Assembly (NCBI GenBank): GCA_041677685.1
Contig: JBAYPN010000011.1
Coordinates: forward strand, 1 to 24,623
Source: an archaeon
Lineage (GTDB): Archaea; Iainarchaeota; Iainarchaeia; Iainarchaeales; CSSED10-239
Reading direction: 5' to 3'
Length of the DNA stretch: 24,623 nucleotides
How positions within the stretch are numbered: the first letter of the stretch is position 1; every line of letters starts with the position of its first letter. Position numbers and translations under genes: made by a program. The notes under the pieces are model-generated. The model did no database searches and was not told the DNA's origin. It saw only the letters and a list, made by a program, of their open reading frames with translations. This document shows positions 1 to 8,278 of the stretch, piece after piece.

Positions 1-561
1 GAAAAAGCAATTAGAGATATTTTTAAAAAAGCAAAAAATGTTTCTCCATGTATTCTTTTTTTTGATGAAATTGATTCCTTAACACAGAATAAAGAAGACT
101 TGATTGGAGGAGGACCCAAAGTCTTAGATCAACTTCTAACAGAGCTAGATAATGTTTCTCTAAAAGACATAATTTTTATAGCTGCAACTAACAGACCTGA
201 CTTGATTGACAAATCTTTTTTAAGAAGTGGACGAATTGACAAGATCATTGAATTTAAAATTCCAAGTGCAAAAGAAAGAAAAGAAATAATTGATCTTCTT
301 ATTAAAAAGACTCCACACGAGAAAATAAATATCAATTTAATTGTTGAAGAAACTGATGGATTTGTTGGAGCTGACCTTAGCTTGCTAATTACTGATGCAA
401 CCCTTTTAGCAATCAAACAAAATAAATATAAGGAAACAAAACTAAAAGAAGAGCACATTATAACCATTCTAAAAAAGATGAAAAGCCATAACAAAGGTGG
501 TAAAAATAAAGCCTCTGATGATTTTAGAAATGATAAGTCTATTGCAAAATATATTCAGTAG
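1..561 (+). CDS. AAA+ ATPase, C-terminal part (CDC48/VCP- or PAN-like); 5' end cut by the window edge
   Basis: Frame 1 is open from base 1: EKAIRDIFKKAKNVSPCILFFDEIDSL (Walker B DExx region), then FIAATNRPDLIDKSFLRSGRIDKIIEF (second region of homology with arginine fingers). The ORF-track entry 100..561 is only the TTG-truncated tail. Stop TAG at 559-561. Confidence 0.85.
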   Translation, partial: EKAIRDIFKKAKNVSPCILFFDEIDSLTQNKEDLIGGGPKVLDQLLTELDNVSLKDIIFIAATNRPDLIDKSFLRSGRIDKIIEFKIPSAKERKEIIDLLIKKTPHEKININLIVEETDGFVGADLSLLITDATLLAIKQNKYKETKLKEEHIITILKKMKSHNKGGKNKASDDFRNDKSIAKYIQ

Positions 562-595
562 AAGTTTTTTTACAAAATAAAAATTTAAAAAACCT

Positions 596-1231
596 CTATA
601 AAACAAACAAGAACAAAACAGGAATAGCAATAGTAACTAACCAAATAATAGGGTTCCACAAAAATATACTTTTTCCATCAAGCGGACCAATTGGAATTAA
701 ATTAAATAAAGCTATCCAAAAATTAATAAAGATTCCATAGGTAATAATGATTGCTGGTAGTCCCAAAAAAGCAAGACCAAAGAAAACAAAACCCATAATG
801 ATGTTAATAACAGGTCCTGCAAGAGAGGTTATGCCTTCTTCTTTAACACTTAACCTTTTACCGTAGATGTACACAGCTCCAGGGGCAACAAAAACAAATC
901 CCACTAAAAAAGACAGACCTATAGAAAATAATAAAGAATTTTTCCACTTTACAAATTTTGCTTTTGCACCAAACCTAATTGCTGTGTATTTGTGTGCAAG
1001 TTCGTGGAGGATAAAGGATGTTCCAGTAACAATTAGGCTAACTCCTAAAAATATTAAAAAATTAATAATTGTAAATTCCTTTAATTGGCTTGAGAAAAGA
1101 TGATAACCACTAAGGACTATTGTAAAGCATAGAGAGATAACTAACCAAGCAATAACAATATCTTTAACTTCATTGTGTTTTTTTGGTTTATACTGTTCTG
1201 CATAGTCTTCAAAATTATATTCTTCTTCCAT
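596..1231 (-). CDS. Site-2-protease-type (M50) intramembrane zinc metalloprotease
   Basis: 211-aa polytopic membrane protein with HELAHK (HExxH) in a hydrophobic segment. The distal NLIPIGPLDG motif is typical of S2P/M50 peptidases. Confidence 0.8.
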   Translation of the reverse strand: MEEEYNFEDYAEQYKPKKHNEVKDIVIAWLVISLCFTIVLSGYHLFSSQLKEFTIINFLIFLGVSLIVTGTSFILHELAHKYTAIRFGAKAKFVKWKNSLLFSIGLSFLVGFVFVAPGAVYIYGKRLSVKEEGITSLAGPVINIIMGFVFFGLAFLGLPAIIITYGIFINFWIALFNLIPIGPLDGKSIFLWNPIIWLVTIAIPVLFLFVL

Positions 1232-1418
1232 ATCTTTTCAAACTTTTTCAAATTATATATATGTATAATGTTTACAAGTTATTTTATTTATATTCTTTTT
1301 AGAAAGAATTTAATTGGTTAAAAAATAAAAGACTATTGGTTAAAAGCTAAAATTTATTTTTTAAAAATAAAAGCTAAAATCTAAAAAAAAAACTTGCTTT
1401 TTCTAAAATTAAAAAACT

Positions 1419-2162
1419 TTAAACCTTTAAAAAAAGCTTCTCAAAATTATTATGCATTGTTTTTTTCACATCTTCTAAATTTAGATCATACTCTCTACAA
1501 TATTGTTTGTAAACCTCAATTATTGACAAAGGCGTTGTTTTTTCTCCATTTAAGTAAATTGGATAATCAGTCTCAAGTAATATTTGGTTTTTGTATTTAT
1601 TTACATCTATTGTGTTTTTATTCAAAGCCTTCTGTGTTAGGTAATACCCTCTTTTCAAAGCTTCAAGTTTCTCTTCCTCTTGCCCAGTAAACCAATGTAG
1701 TAAGACTTTTAATTTTGAATAATTTTTTAGGATCTCTAGGGTTGGCTTAGTTGCATATCTTGTATGAAGTATTACAGGCTTTTTTAAACTTTGTGCAATC
1801 TCTAATTGCCTTTCAAGTAATTGTTTTTGTTCAAGTCTTTTATTTTTATCTTTTGTTATCTTATAATCTAAACCAATTTCTCCAATTGCCAAAGCCCTTG
1901 AAAAATCAATTTTCTCTAAATCTTTAAGAGTTTCTTCTAATTTTCTATTTAAAACATAATCTGGGTAAAGTCCATATGCAAAATAAATATTTTTAATATT
2001 CTTTTTTCTAATCTCTTCTAATCTTAAATAACTATTCATGTCAACTGAGCAGGTGATGGCTTTTAGAGCATTTTCCTTAAAAGTTTCCATCAAATAATCA
2101 CTATAAAGCAAATCATAATGGCAATGTGCATCAAGATAGTAATTATATTTGTTTTTGTCCAT
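1419..2162 (-). CDS. tatD: TatD-family metal-dependent hydrolase/DNase
   Basis: Ordered TatD signature: DAHCHYD, AIGEIGLDY, VILHTR, LHWF, ETDYP. Confidence 0.85.
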   Translation of the reverse strand: MDKNKYNYYLDAHCHYDLLYSDYLMETFKENALKAITCSVDMNSYLRLEEIRKKNIKNIYFAYGLYPDYVLNRKLEETLKDLEKIDFSRALAIGEIGLDYKITKDKNKRLEQKQLLERQLEIAQSLKKPVILHTRYATKPTLEILKNYSKLKVLLHWFTGQEEEKLEALKRGYYLTQKALNKNTIDVNKYKNQILLETDYPIYLNGEKTTPLSIIEVYKQYCREYDLNLEDVKKTMHNNFEKLFLKV

Positions 2163-2170
2163 ATATACAT

Positions 2171-2764
2171 ATGATTAAAATACATTTTAAAGAGTTCGGC
2201 CTAGAAATTCCACCTTATATTTATTTACCATCTGATGACACTTATCTTTTGTTAGATGTTTTAAGAGAAGAATTAAAATCAAAGACATTTAGAAAGAGTT
2301 TAGAGATTGGAGCAGGTAATGGAATATTAAGTTTAGAGTTACTTGACTATTCTAAAAACCACCTAGCATCAGACATCAACCCAATTGTTATTAAGTACCT
2401 CATTAAGTTAAAAGAAAGATTTAGTTTAAAAAACTTAGAAATAGTTGAAAGTGATTTGTTTAAAAAAATTAAAAAACAAAAATTTGATTTAATTGTTTTT
2501 AATCCACCATATGTAGTTTCAGAGGACATTGTTGATTGTTCAACAGATGGTGGAAAGTGTGGATCAGAGATTATTTTAAGATTTGTTTGTGAACTTAAAG
2601 ATTACCTTTCTAAAAAAGGGATATGTTATTTATTAATTTCTTCTTTAAATAAACCAGATGACATCTACAAGTTGATTAAGAAACAAAAACTAAAATGTGA
2701 AATTGTAAAAAAAACAAATATATTTTTTGAAGAACTATTAGTCTTAAAAATAACAAAAAAATAA
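2171..2764 (+). CDS. HemK-related SAM-dependent methyltransferase (archaeal Mtq2/PrmC-like)
   Basis: Motif I LEIGAGNGILSLEL and motif IV FNPPY, with the roughly 200-aa length typical of the archaeal HemK-related group. I moved the start to ATG 2171 (MIKIHFKEF). The track start at 2126 would overlap the divergent tatD start and adds a Cys-rich, non-conserved extension. Confidence 0.75.
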   Translation: MIKIHFKEFGLEIPPYIYLPSDDTYLLLDVLREELKSKTFRKSLEIGAGNGILSLELLDYSKNHLASDINPIVIKYLIKLKERFSLKNLEIVESDLFKKIKKQKFDLIVFNPPYVVSEDIVDCSTDGGKCGSEIILRFVCELKDYLSKKGICYLLISSLNKPDDIYKLIKKQKLKCEIVKKTNIFFEELLVLKITKK

Positions 2765-2784
2765 AATTTTAAATTTGAATATTT

Positions 2785-3891
2785 ATGCCAGCAAATGTAT
2801 CCTTTGAATTTTCAATAGCTCAAAAAAAATATGATGACGCTAAGACTGATGAAGAAAAGATTGTTGCTTTACAGGACATGGTTTCTAAGGCTCCTGGGCA
2901 TAAAGGTGCAGAAAATCTAAGAAAAGATCTTTCAAGAAAATTATCTTCTTTAAAAAACAAAATAGAAAAACAAGCTTTAACAAATGCAAAAAGATCTGGT
3001 AACACCATAAACATAAAAAAAGAAGGTGCTGGGCAAGTTGTTATTGTTGGTCTTGCAAACACAGGGAAGAGTACTTTTCTTTCTGAGTTTACAAACTCTA
3101 AACCCTTAATAGCCCCTTATCCTTATTCTACAACCAAACCAGAAGTTGGAATTTTGAATTATGGTGGTGCTTTAATTCAATTGGTTGAACTTCCTTCTTT
3201 TTTAGAGAATCATGATTTAACTTCTCAAATTTATTCTATGATTAGGACAGCTGACCTTTGTATATTGATAATAAAAAATGGTTTGATTTCAGAGTTAGAA
3301 ACATTAATAAAAATAATTGAATCAAAAGATGTTTTTATAACTAAAAAGAAACCAAAAATTAGTTTTACAAAAAGTGATTTTTTAGGAATATCTTTTATAA
3401 ATGAACAAAATCTTTTAGTTCCAAAAGCACAAGCAATTGATTTTTTAAGATCTTCAGGATTTAGATCTCAAAATATTATTTTAAATCAGAAAACCACAAT
3501 GGAAGATCTCTTGTTGTTAGTTAATCCAAGAGCCTCTTTTGTACCAACAATTATTGTCTCCATGCCCTTTGCAAGAAATATTAAAAAAACAAAGTACAAA
3601 GATTTAGATGTTTTTGACTTTTCTCAAAAAGAAGAAATTATAGAAAAAATATTTGAGCTTTTGGAAAAGGTAATTGTTTACACAAAAAAACCTGGACAAA
3701 AAGCAGATAAAACAGAGCCTTTAGTTTTAAAAAAAGGAGAAACAATTGTTGATGCTGCAAAAATAATTCATAAGACAATTTATAAAAATCTAAAGTCTGC
3801 AAAAGTGTGGGGTTCTACAAAATTTCCTGGACAAGTTGTTTCTAAAAAATATGTTTTAAAGAACCATGATGTTGTTGAGTTTAATGTTTAA
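2785..3891 (+). CDS. DRG/OBG-like GTPase with C-terminal TGS domain
   Basis: N-terminal helical region, G1 GLANTGKST, G3-like LVELPSF, and a C-terminal TGS-like segment (VYTKKPGQK...PLVLKKGETIVDAAKIIHK...AKVWG). This is the architecture of archaeal/eukaryotic DRG proteins. Confidence 0.8.
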   Translation: MPANVSFEFSIAQKKYDDAKTDEEKIVALQDMVSKAPGHKGAENLRKDLSRKLSSLKNKIEKQALTNAKRSGNTINIKKEGAGQVVIVGLANTGKSTFLSEFTNSKPLIAPYPYSTTKPEVGILNYGGALIQLVELPSFLENHDLTSQIYSMIRTADLCILIIKNGLISELETLIKIIESKDVFITKKKPKISFTKSDFLGISFINEQNLLVPKAQAIDFLRSSGFRSQNIILNQKTTMEDLLLLVNPRASFVPTIIVSMPFARNIKKTKYKDLDVFDFSQKEEIIEKIFELLEKVIVYTKKPGQKADKTEPLVLKKGETIVDAAKIIHKTIYKNLKSAKVWGSTKFPGQVVSKKYVLKNHDVVEFNV

Positions 3892-3960
3892 AACGAAACA
3901 AATAAAAAGAAAACATAAGATATACTTTATTAGATAAATATATTTAATATATGAGAAACT

Positions 3961-4845
3961 ATGGCTTTTTCAAAAAATCCAAAAGAAATAATTGAATTAA
4001 GTTTAGAGGAAAAACTATATCTTTTATTTTTGCCTTTAACTAGAGAAATTACCTCTAAAAGCTTTGAACATAAATTAGAGCAAGCAGACATACCTCTAGA
4101 CATGGATGTTTATTTAGCAAAGAATTTATTTTTTGCAGTGTTTGTCTCTTTTTTGGTTTTAATTTTTGGAATAATTTTGATTGTGATGTCTCCAGGGATT
4201 ATTTCTTTTGGAACTCTTTTAATTATTTTTTTTGGTGTGTTTTTTGCTTACGTAGTTTACACTATAATTAATCCCTACATGGTTGTCGGAACAAAGGTAA
4301 ACAGTATTAAAGCAAACCTGCCATTAGTTATCTTAGGGATGTCATCTGTTGCAGAATCAGGAGCACCACCAGCATCCATTTTTTCAACATCAACTGTTAA
4401 AGATAAAAGTCAATATGTAAATAAAGAATTTTCAAAAATTGTATATTACATAGACTCTCTAGGGATTTCTTTGTTAGAAGCAATTGATCTAGTTGCAAAT
4501 AAAACACCATCCTTTGAGCTTAAAAAATTTTTAATGGATTTAAAATCAAATATTGAGTCAGGTGGAGATCTTTCTGACTTTATGTCTAAAAAAGCATCCC
4601 AGGCTAAATTCCAGTATGATCTTTTACTTGATAATCAAAATAAAAAAGCAGAGATGTTTGGTGACATCTATTCTGCTGTTGTAATTGCAGGACCATTATT
4701 TTTATTTTCAGGAGTTATGCTTTTGGGAATGGTTGGTGGTGGCATTGCTGGAATAAGTATAAGTGCTTTATTAACTTTAGGTGTTTTTGTTTTAGTGCCT
4801 ATAATGAATATAATATTTTTAATTGTAATGAATTTATTTCAATAA
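3961..4845 (+). CDS. Type II secretion system F-domain membrane protein (FlaJ/TadC/PilC-like platform, half 1)
   Basis: N- and C-terminal TM bundles flank a cytoplasmic helical domain (LPLVILGMSSVAESGAPPASIF...LLEAIDLVANKTPSFELKKFLMDLKSNIESGGDLSDFM) typical of T2SSF domains. Confidence 0.75.
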   Translation: MAFSKNPKEIIELSLEEKLYLLFLPLTREITSKSFEHKLEQADIPLDMDVYLAKNLFFAVFVSFLVLIFGIILIVMSPGIISFGTLLIIFFGVFFAYVVYTIINPYMVVGTKVNSIKANLPLVILGMSSVAESGAPPASIFSTSTVKDKSQYVNKEFSKIVYYIDSLGISLLEAIDLVANKTPSFELKKFLMDLKSNIESGGDLSDFMSKKASQAKFQYDLLLDNQNKKAEMFGDIYSAVVIAGPLFLFSGVMLLGMVGGGIAGISISALLTLGVFVLVPIMNIIFLIVMNLFQ

Positions 4846-4866
4846 AGGAGAATATGAGGAATTATT

Positions 4867-5715
4867 TTGGATTTGGATTTAAAATTAAATTTAAGTGATA
4901 AGCAAAAGTTTTTTCTAGACTATGCTGTAAAAGGTTTAATTGGTAGTATAATTGCTTTTGTATTATTGTATAACACAAAGATCTTAATATTTTCTTTTTT
5001 TCCTCTACTTGTAGCAATTGGTTTAGCTGCAAAAATCTATACTGCGAGAATAAAGTCTTATGAAAGAAATTTGTTTGTTTTTTTAGATGACCTTAAAGAT
5101 CTTTTACAAGGTGGTATGAATATTGTTACTGCTGTTGAGATTTCTACAACTCATGATTACGGGGCATTAAATGAAAAGATTAGAAGACTTGCTGCACAAG
5201 TAAAGATTGGGGTTTCTTTTGATAAAGCGCTTTCTGATATTTTTGGAGAAATTGATAGTCCTATTTACAAGCAAGTAATTCAAATTATTTCAGAAACTAC
5301 AAAAATTGGAGGAAGTATAATTAAGATATTTTCATCTATTTCAAGCTATGTTAGGACCCTAAACGACATGGTTGATCAAAGAAAATCAAAAACCTTCTCT
5401 ACTGTTTTTTCAAGTTATTTTATGTTTTTTGTTTTTATTGCAATTATTTTAATAATTCAGATTATCTTTTTACCAATGCTTAGTGGGGAAGGTGTGTCTA
5501 TGAGTGGGGAAGGGGCAAGTCAAGTAAATGCTTTGGCAGATGTTGATTTTAACAGTTATTTTTTATATTTAATTTTAATTCAAGGATTTTTTGCAGGTCC
5601 AATAATTGGTAAGATTTCAGAAGGAAATGCAATTGCAGGTGTTAAGCATTCAATTATTTTAATTAGTGTTTCTGTGCCAATATATGTTTTGGTGTCTTTG
5701 TTGTTTATTGGGTAA
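4867..5715 (+). CDS. Type II secretion system F-domain membrane protein (FlaJ/TadB/PilC-like platform, half 2)
   Basis: A second T2SSF-like domain (LDDLKDLLQGGMNIVTAVEIST...VSFDKALSDIFGEIDSPIYKQVIQIISETTKIGGSI) followed by TM helices. TTG start 21 nt after the previous stop; AAGGAG lies upstream. The exact start is uncertain. Confidence 0.7.
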   Translation: MDLDLKLNLSDKQKFFLDYAVKGLIGSIIAFVLLYNTKILIFSFFPLLVAIGLAAKIYTARIKSYERNLFVFLDDLKDLLQGGMNIVTAVEISTTHDYGALNEKIRRLAAQVKIGVSFDKALSDIFGEIDSPIYKQVIQIISETTKIGGSIIKIFSSISSYVRTLNDMVDQRKSKTFSTVFSSYFMFFVFIAIILIIQIIFLPMLSGEGVSMSGEGASQVNALADVDFNSYFLYLILIQGFFAGPIIGKISEGNAIAGVKHSIILISVSVPIYVLVSLLFIG

Positions 5716-5730
5716 AGGATTAAAGGTTAT

Positions 5731-5783
5731 AGAAATTAAGTTTAAGTTGTAGAGAAATTAAGTTTAAGTTGTAGAGAAATTAA
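5731..5783. repeat. 22-bp tandem repeat (agaaattaagtttaagttgtag), 2 perfect copies plus a 9-nt partial third
   Basis: 5731-5752 and 5753-5774 are identical, and 5775-5783 repeats the first 9 nt. It lies between the platform genes and pilin 1. Confidence 0.9.
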
Positions 5784-5845
5784 AGAGAATTTGTGGAAAG
5801 TAACCTAAATTGGAAATAAGAACTTAATTTTTTAAAGAAGTAAGA

Positions 5846-5853
5846 TTTATAAA
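5846..5853 (+). promoter_or_regulatory. Candidate TATA box for pilin gene 1
   Basis: TTTATAAA matches the archaeal TATA consensus. It would place a transcription start near 5878-5882, just upstream of the ATG candidates at 5907 and 5919. Confidence 0.35.
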
Positions 5854-5918
5854 AGTATAGGTAATATATTTAATATAATTTGGAAATATTGTTTCCTAAA
5901 AAATATATGTTGATAAAA

Positions 5919-6389
5919 ATGTTTGTTATAAAAAGTCAAAGAGGGTTATCTCCATTAATTGCAACAATCTTGTTGGTTGCAGTTGCTTTATCGTTAGCTG
6001 GGATTTTGTATTCTTGGTCATCCCAAAATGCAAAAGAAACAACTGGTAATTTAACTGACACAACTAATGAATGGATCGATTGTAGTTCAATTGATATATA
6101 CATTGATTATGGGTGTACATATCATGAGACAAATGGAATTAACTTTATACTTTATGATAAGTCAACAGTGGAAATTGATGATAATATTACATTGACTGTT
6201 ATTGATGCCAATAACACTGTTAGAAGTGCAAGTTTTGCTCCTAACTTTGTAGGTAATGCCATGGCTATTAACAATAATGTAATTACAAATGATTCAGATT
6301 TTCAAAATTTAGTAAAGCCTTTAAAAAGGGTGTCTGTGCAAGTTGACTCTTGTCCAGACAGAGTAGCTTATGTTACAAAATGTAATTGA
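5919..6389 (+). CDS. Archaeal type IV pilin-like protein (class III signal peptide, flagellin-N-terminal-like domain), paralog 1
   Basis: MFVIKSQRG|LSPLIATILLVAVALSLAGIL is a short basic leader followed by the conserved hydrophobic N-terminus. It has four Cys in the same relative positions as paralogs 2 and 3. Alternative starts are 5880 (TTG) and 5907 (ATG). Confidence 0.8.
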   Translation: MFVIKSQRGLSPLIATILLVAVALSLAGILYSWSSQNAKETTGNLTDTTNEWIDCSSIDIYIDYGCTYHETNGINFILYDKSTVEIDDNITLTVIDANNTVRSASFAPNFVGNAMAINNNVITNDSDFQNLVKPLKRVSVQVDSCPDRVAYVTKCN

Positions 6390-6448
6390 AAGTAAATTAA
6401 AAATATTTGAACAAAATAAAATAAATTAAAATGAATAGGTGATATGAA

Positions 6449-6931
6449 ATGAAAAGAAAAGCAATCTCTCCATTAATTGCAACAATTTTGTTAGTTGTTG
6501 TTGCTGTTGCTTTAATTGCAATAGTTTTGACATGGGGTAAAACATTTACACAAGATAGTTTAGCTGAGACTACTGACATTATTGATAGTAGTTGTTCAGG
6601 TGCACATTTAAATGTCTCAAATTGTAAAGTAGGTACTGATGGTAATATAACATTCTATGTTAAAAATATAGGAACAACCTATACATTCCCTTTAACTGAT
6701 GAATTTATGATTGACATTACTACAGATGATAGTAAAGATTCAACTAACCTAAATCTTACAAATTATGCAACTTGGGCAGGATTAGGTCCAGGCCAGATGG
6801 TTCAAGTAGATATGGATTTATCTAATTTAGGCGGTAAAGATATTAGTTCAGGAACATTTTTTGATGTTACTGTAAGATCTTCAGTTTGTCCAACAGATGC
6901 TGTTGCTACAGCAAAGAATTGTCACAGATGA
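6449..6931 (+). CDS. Archaeal type IV pilin-like protein, paralog 2
   Basis: MKRKA|ISPLIATILLVVVAVALIAIVL; AGGTGA sits 7 nt upstream of the ATG. Cys pairs occur at SSCSGAHLNVSNC and VCPTDAVATAKNC. Confidence 0.85.
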   Translation: MKRKAISPLIATILLVVVAVALIAIVLTWGKTFTQDSLAETTDIIDSSCSGAHLNVSNCKVGTDGNITFYVKNIGTTYTFPLTDEFMIDITTDDSKDSTNLNLTNYATWAGLGPGQMVQVDMDLSNLGGKDISSGTFFDVTVRSSVCPTDAVATAKNCHR

Positions 6932-7010
6932 TGTGACTGTTCTTTTTTTACTTTTTTTATTTTAAAAAAGTATTTTTTATCTTTAATAAATAAATTAAAA
7001 AAGAGAATCT

Positions 7011-7457
7011 ATGAAAAGAAAAGCAATTTCTCCATTAATCGCAACAATCTTGTTAATAGTTGTTGCTGTTGTCTTAGTTGGAATATTAGTATCTTGGGGG
7101 CAGAATTTTGTGCAAAAAGGTACTACTGATGCTGACAACTCAATTGACACCACTTGTACAGGTGCTGGAATAAACATTATTACTTGTGATTATAATAGTT
7201 CTGGTCAAGAAATCAAATTAACAATTGTAAACTCAGGAAATGTAAGATTTAATTCTGATAACACTTTTGATGTTCTTTTAATTGATTCAGATAACAATTT
7301 AGATAACTCTAATCTAAATGTTTTGTCTTCAAGAGAATTTGATATAGGAGAATCAGAAGCAATTACAATTTCAGATTATTCCGGAAGAGGTCCTGTAAAG
7401 CTAGAGATTAGAAATTCACAATGTCCTGGTTATTTTTGGGCAACAAGATGTAGTTAG
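7011..7457 (+). CDS. Archaeal type IV pilin-like protein, paralog 3
   Basis: MKRKA|ISPLIATILLIVVAVVLVGILV; its 5' nucleotides are nearly identical to paralog 2. Cys pairs occur at TTCTGAGINIITC and QCPGYFWATRC. Confidence 0.85.
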   Translation: MKRKAISPLIATILLIVVAVVLVGILVSWGQNFVQKGTTDADNSIDTTCTGAGINIITCDYNSSGQEIKLTIVNSGNVRFNSDNTFDVLLIDSDNNLDNSNLNVLSSREFDIGESEAITISDYSGRGPVKLEIRNSQCPGYFWATRCS

Positions 7458-7960
7458 ATTAATCTTTCTAATTTTATTTTTATTATTTTATTTTCTGCAT
7501 CTATGATTGCAAGAATGTATTTTGCATTTATGGAGTTTGCAAGTCTTTCTGATTTTATTACTTTTATAATTGTGTCTTTATAGGTTCTTTTAATATCAAC
7601 TACATATTTTGTGTGGGTGTGTTTTTTATCACTCTTCTCATAGATTCTAAAATCAAAACCAAAAATTGCTCCATCTTTAATGATGTAACCTTTATCTCTA
7701 AAGTCTTTAAAAACTAGATACTTGTCGTTAAAGTCTTTAATCTCTTTTTCACAGATCTTTTGCAAGTCTTTTTTTGAAAGCTCTAATTTTATTTTATTAT
7801 TTTCAACCAAATAGAATGTTTCAAAAAGATCTAATTTTAAGACACCATTGTCATTAAACCCAAAACCCTTAGAAACAAGTTGAGACTTAAGTTTATTATT
7901 TCTAATTTCGCAGAAGTTTTTATTAATTTTTATTAAACTATTCATATCTAGTTTCTTCAT
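7454..7960 (-). CDS. endA: tRNA-splicing endonuclease (short homotetramer-type EndA)
   Basis: 168 aa. The catalytic-domain signature GFDFRIYEKSDKKHTHTKYVVDI supplies the Tyr and His, and a C-terminal Lys-rich strand follows. Confidence 0.8.
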   Translation of the reverse strand: MKKLDMNSLIKINKNFCEIRNNKLKSQLVSKGFGFNDNGVLKLDLFETFYLVENNKIKLELSKKDLQKICEKEIKDFNDKYLVFKDFRDKGYIIKDGAIFGFDFRIYEKSDKKHTHTKYVVDIKRTYKDTIIKVIKSERLANSINAKYILAIIDAENKIIKIKLERLI

Positions 7961-7966
7961 ATCAAA

Positions 7967-8278
7967 TCACTTATATAAGGTAAACAGATTTCTATCTATT
8001 CCATAAAAGACACCAAGCCTTACACCAGAATCGATCCAGGCATAGGCATAAGAAAAGCAAGCTAAGGCTCTAACATAATCTTTCTTTTCTTGAAAAACAA
8101 TTCCATCAGACAGATAGTTTTTAGCCATTGACAGATAATCTGTTTCTATATCTTTTAGAAAGGATTCATTTTTTATATTTAATTTAATTGTTTTTAGTGC
8201 CTTTTCTAAAAGTCCTCTATACTTTTTACAATAATTAATTAATTCTGTGTTCATCAATTGCCACTCTCTCAAAATCAT
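7967..8278 (-). CDS. Small helical protein, DUF357-like (assigned from memory; function unknown)
   Basis: A coherent roughly 100-aa ORF with ALACFSYAYAWIDSGVRLGV near the C-terminus. GGAG sits 6 nt before ATG 8278. Alternative starts are GTG 8290 and ATG 8254. Every candidate start overlaps the end of dph5. Confidence 0.55.
   Translation of the reverse strand: MILREWQLMNTELINYCKKYRGLLEKALKTIKLNIKNESFLKDIETDYLSMAKNYLSDGIVFQEKKDYVRALACFSYAYAWIDSGVRLGVFYGIDRNLFTLYK

Noticed and set aside
129-494. Antisense or shadow ORFs from the six-frame track: 129..494-, 867..1103+, 1394..1690+, 2347..2529-, 2820..3062-, 6397..6579-, 6995..7177-, 9228..9440+, 9367..9642+, 11569..11784-, 15273..15656-, 16733..16993-, 17731..17949-, 19793..19978-, 20380..20679-, 20989..21192-, 21146..21334-, 21978..22166-, 22307..22516-, 23613..23936+, 24044..24265+.
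   Set aside because: Each lies wholly inside, and opposite to or out of frame with, a gene that has clear family motifs. Their sequences are low-complexity (F/L/I/S-rich) as expected for AT-rich antisense frames, and none has a recognisable motif or ribosome binding site.
2126-2170. The N-terminal extension of the methyltransferase ORF (MHQDSNYICFCPYIH).
   Set aside because: It overlaps the divergent tatD start codon region, is not methyltransferase-like, and an ATG at 2171 gives a normal N-terminus.
3938-3951. The 14-mer ATATATTTAATATA, shared upstream of the first platform gene (3938-3951) and pilin 1 (5864-5877), as a common pilus-regulon operator.
   Set aside because: It is composed only of A and T in very AT-rich intergenic DNA, so a chance match is plausible. 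Its distance to the start codons is also inconsistent (10 nt versus 30-42 nt).
5483-5525. The internal duplication agtggggaagg...agtggggaagg (SGEGVSMSGEGAS) in the second platform gene as a slippage hotspot.
   Set aside because: It is a short imperfect in-frame duplication in a probable loop region. There is no evidence of frame disruption or function.
5880-5918. The longer N-terminus for pilin 1 from TTG 5880 or ATG 5907.
   Set aside because: Class III leaders are short and basic. MFVIKSQRG| from ATG 5919 matches paralogs 2 and 3 (MKRKA|) best, and the candidate TATA box at 5846 would start transcription near 5880. This remains uncertain.
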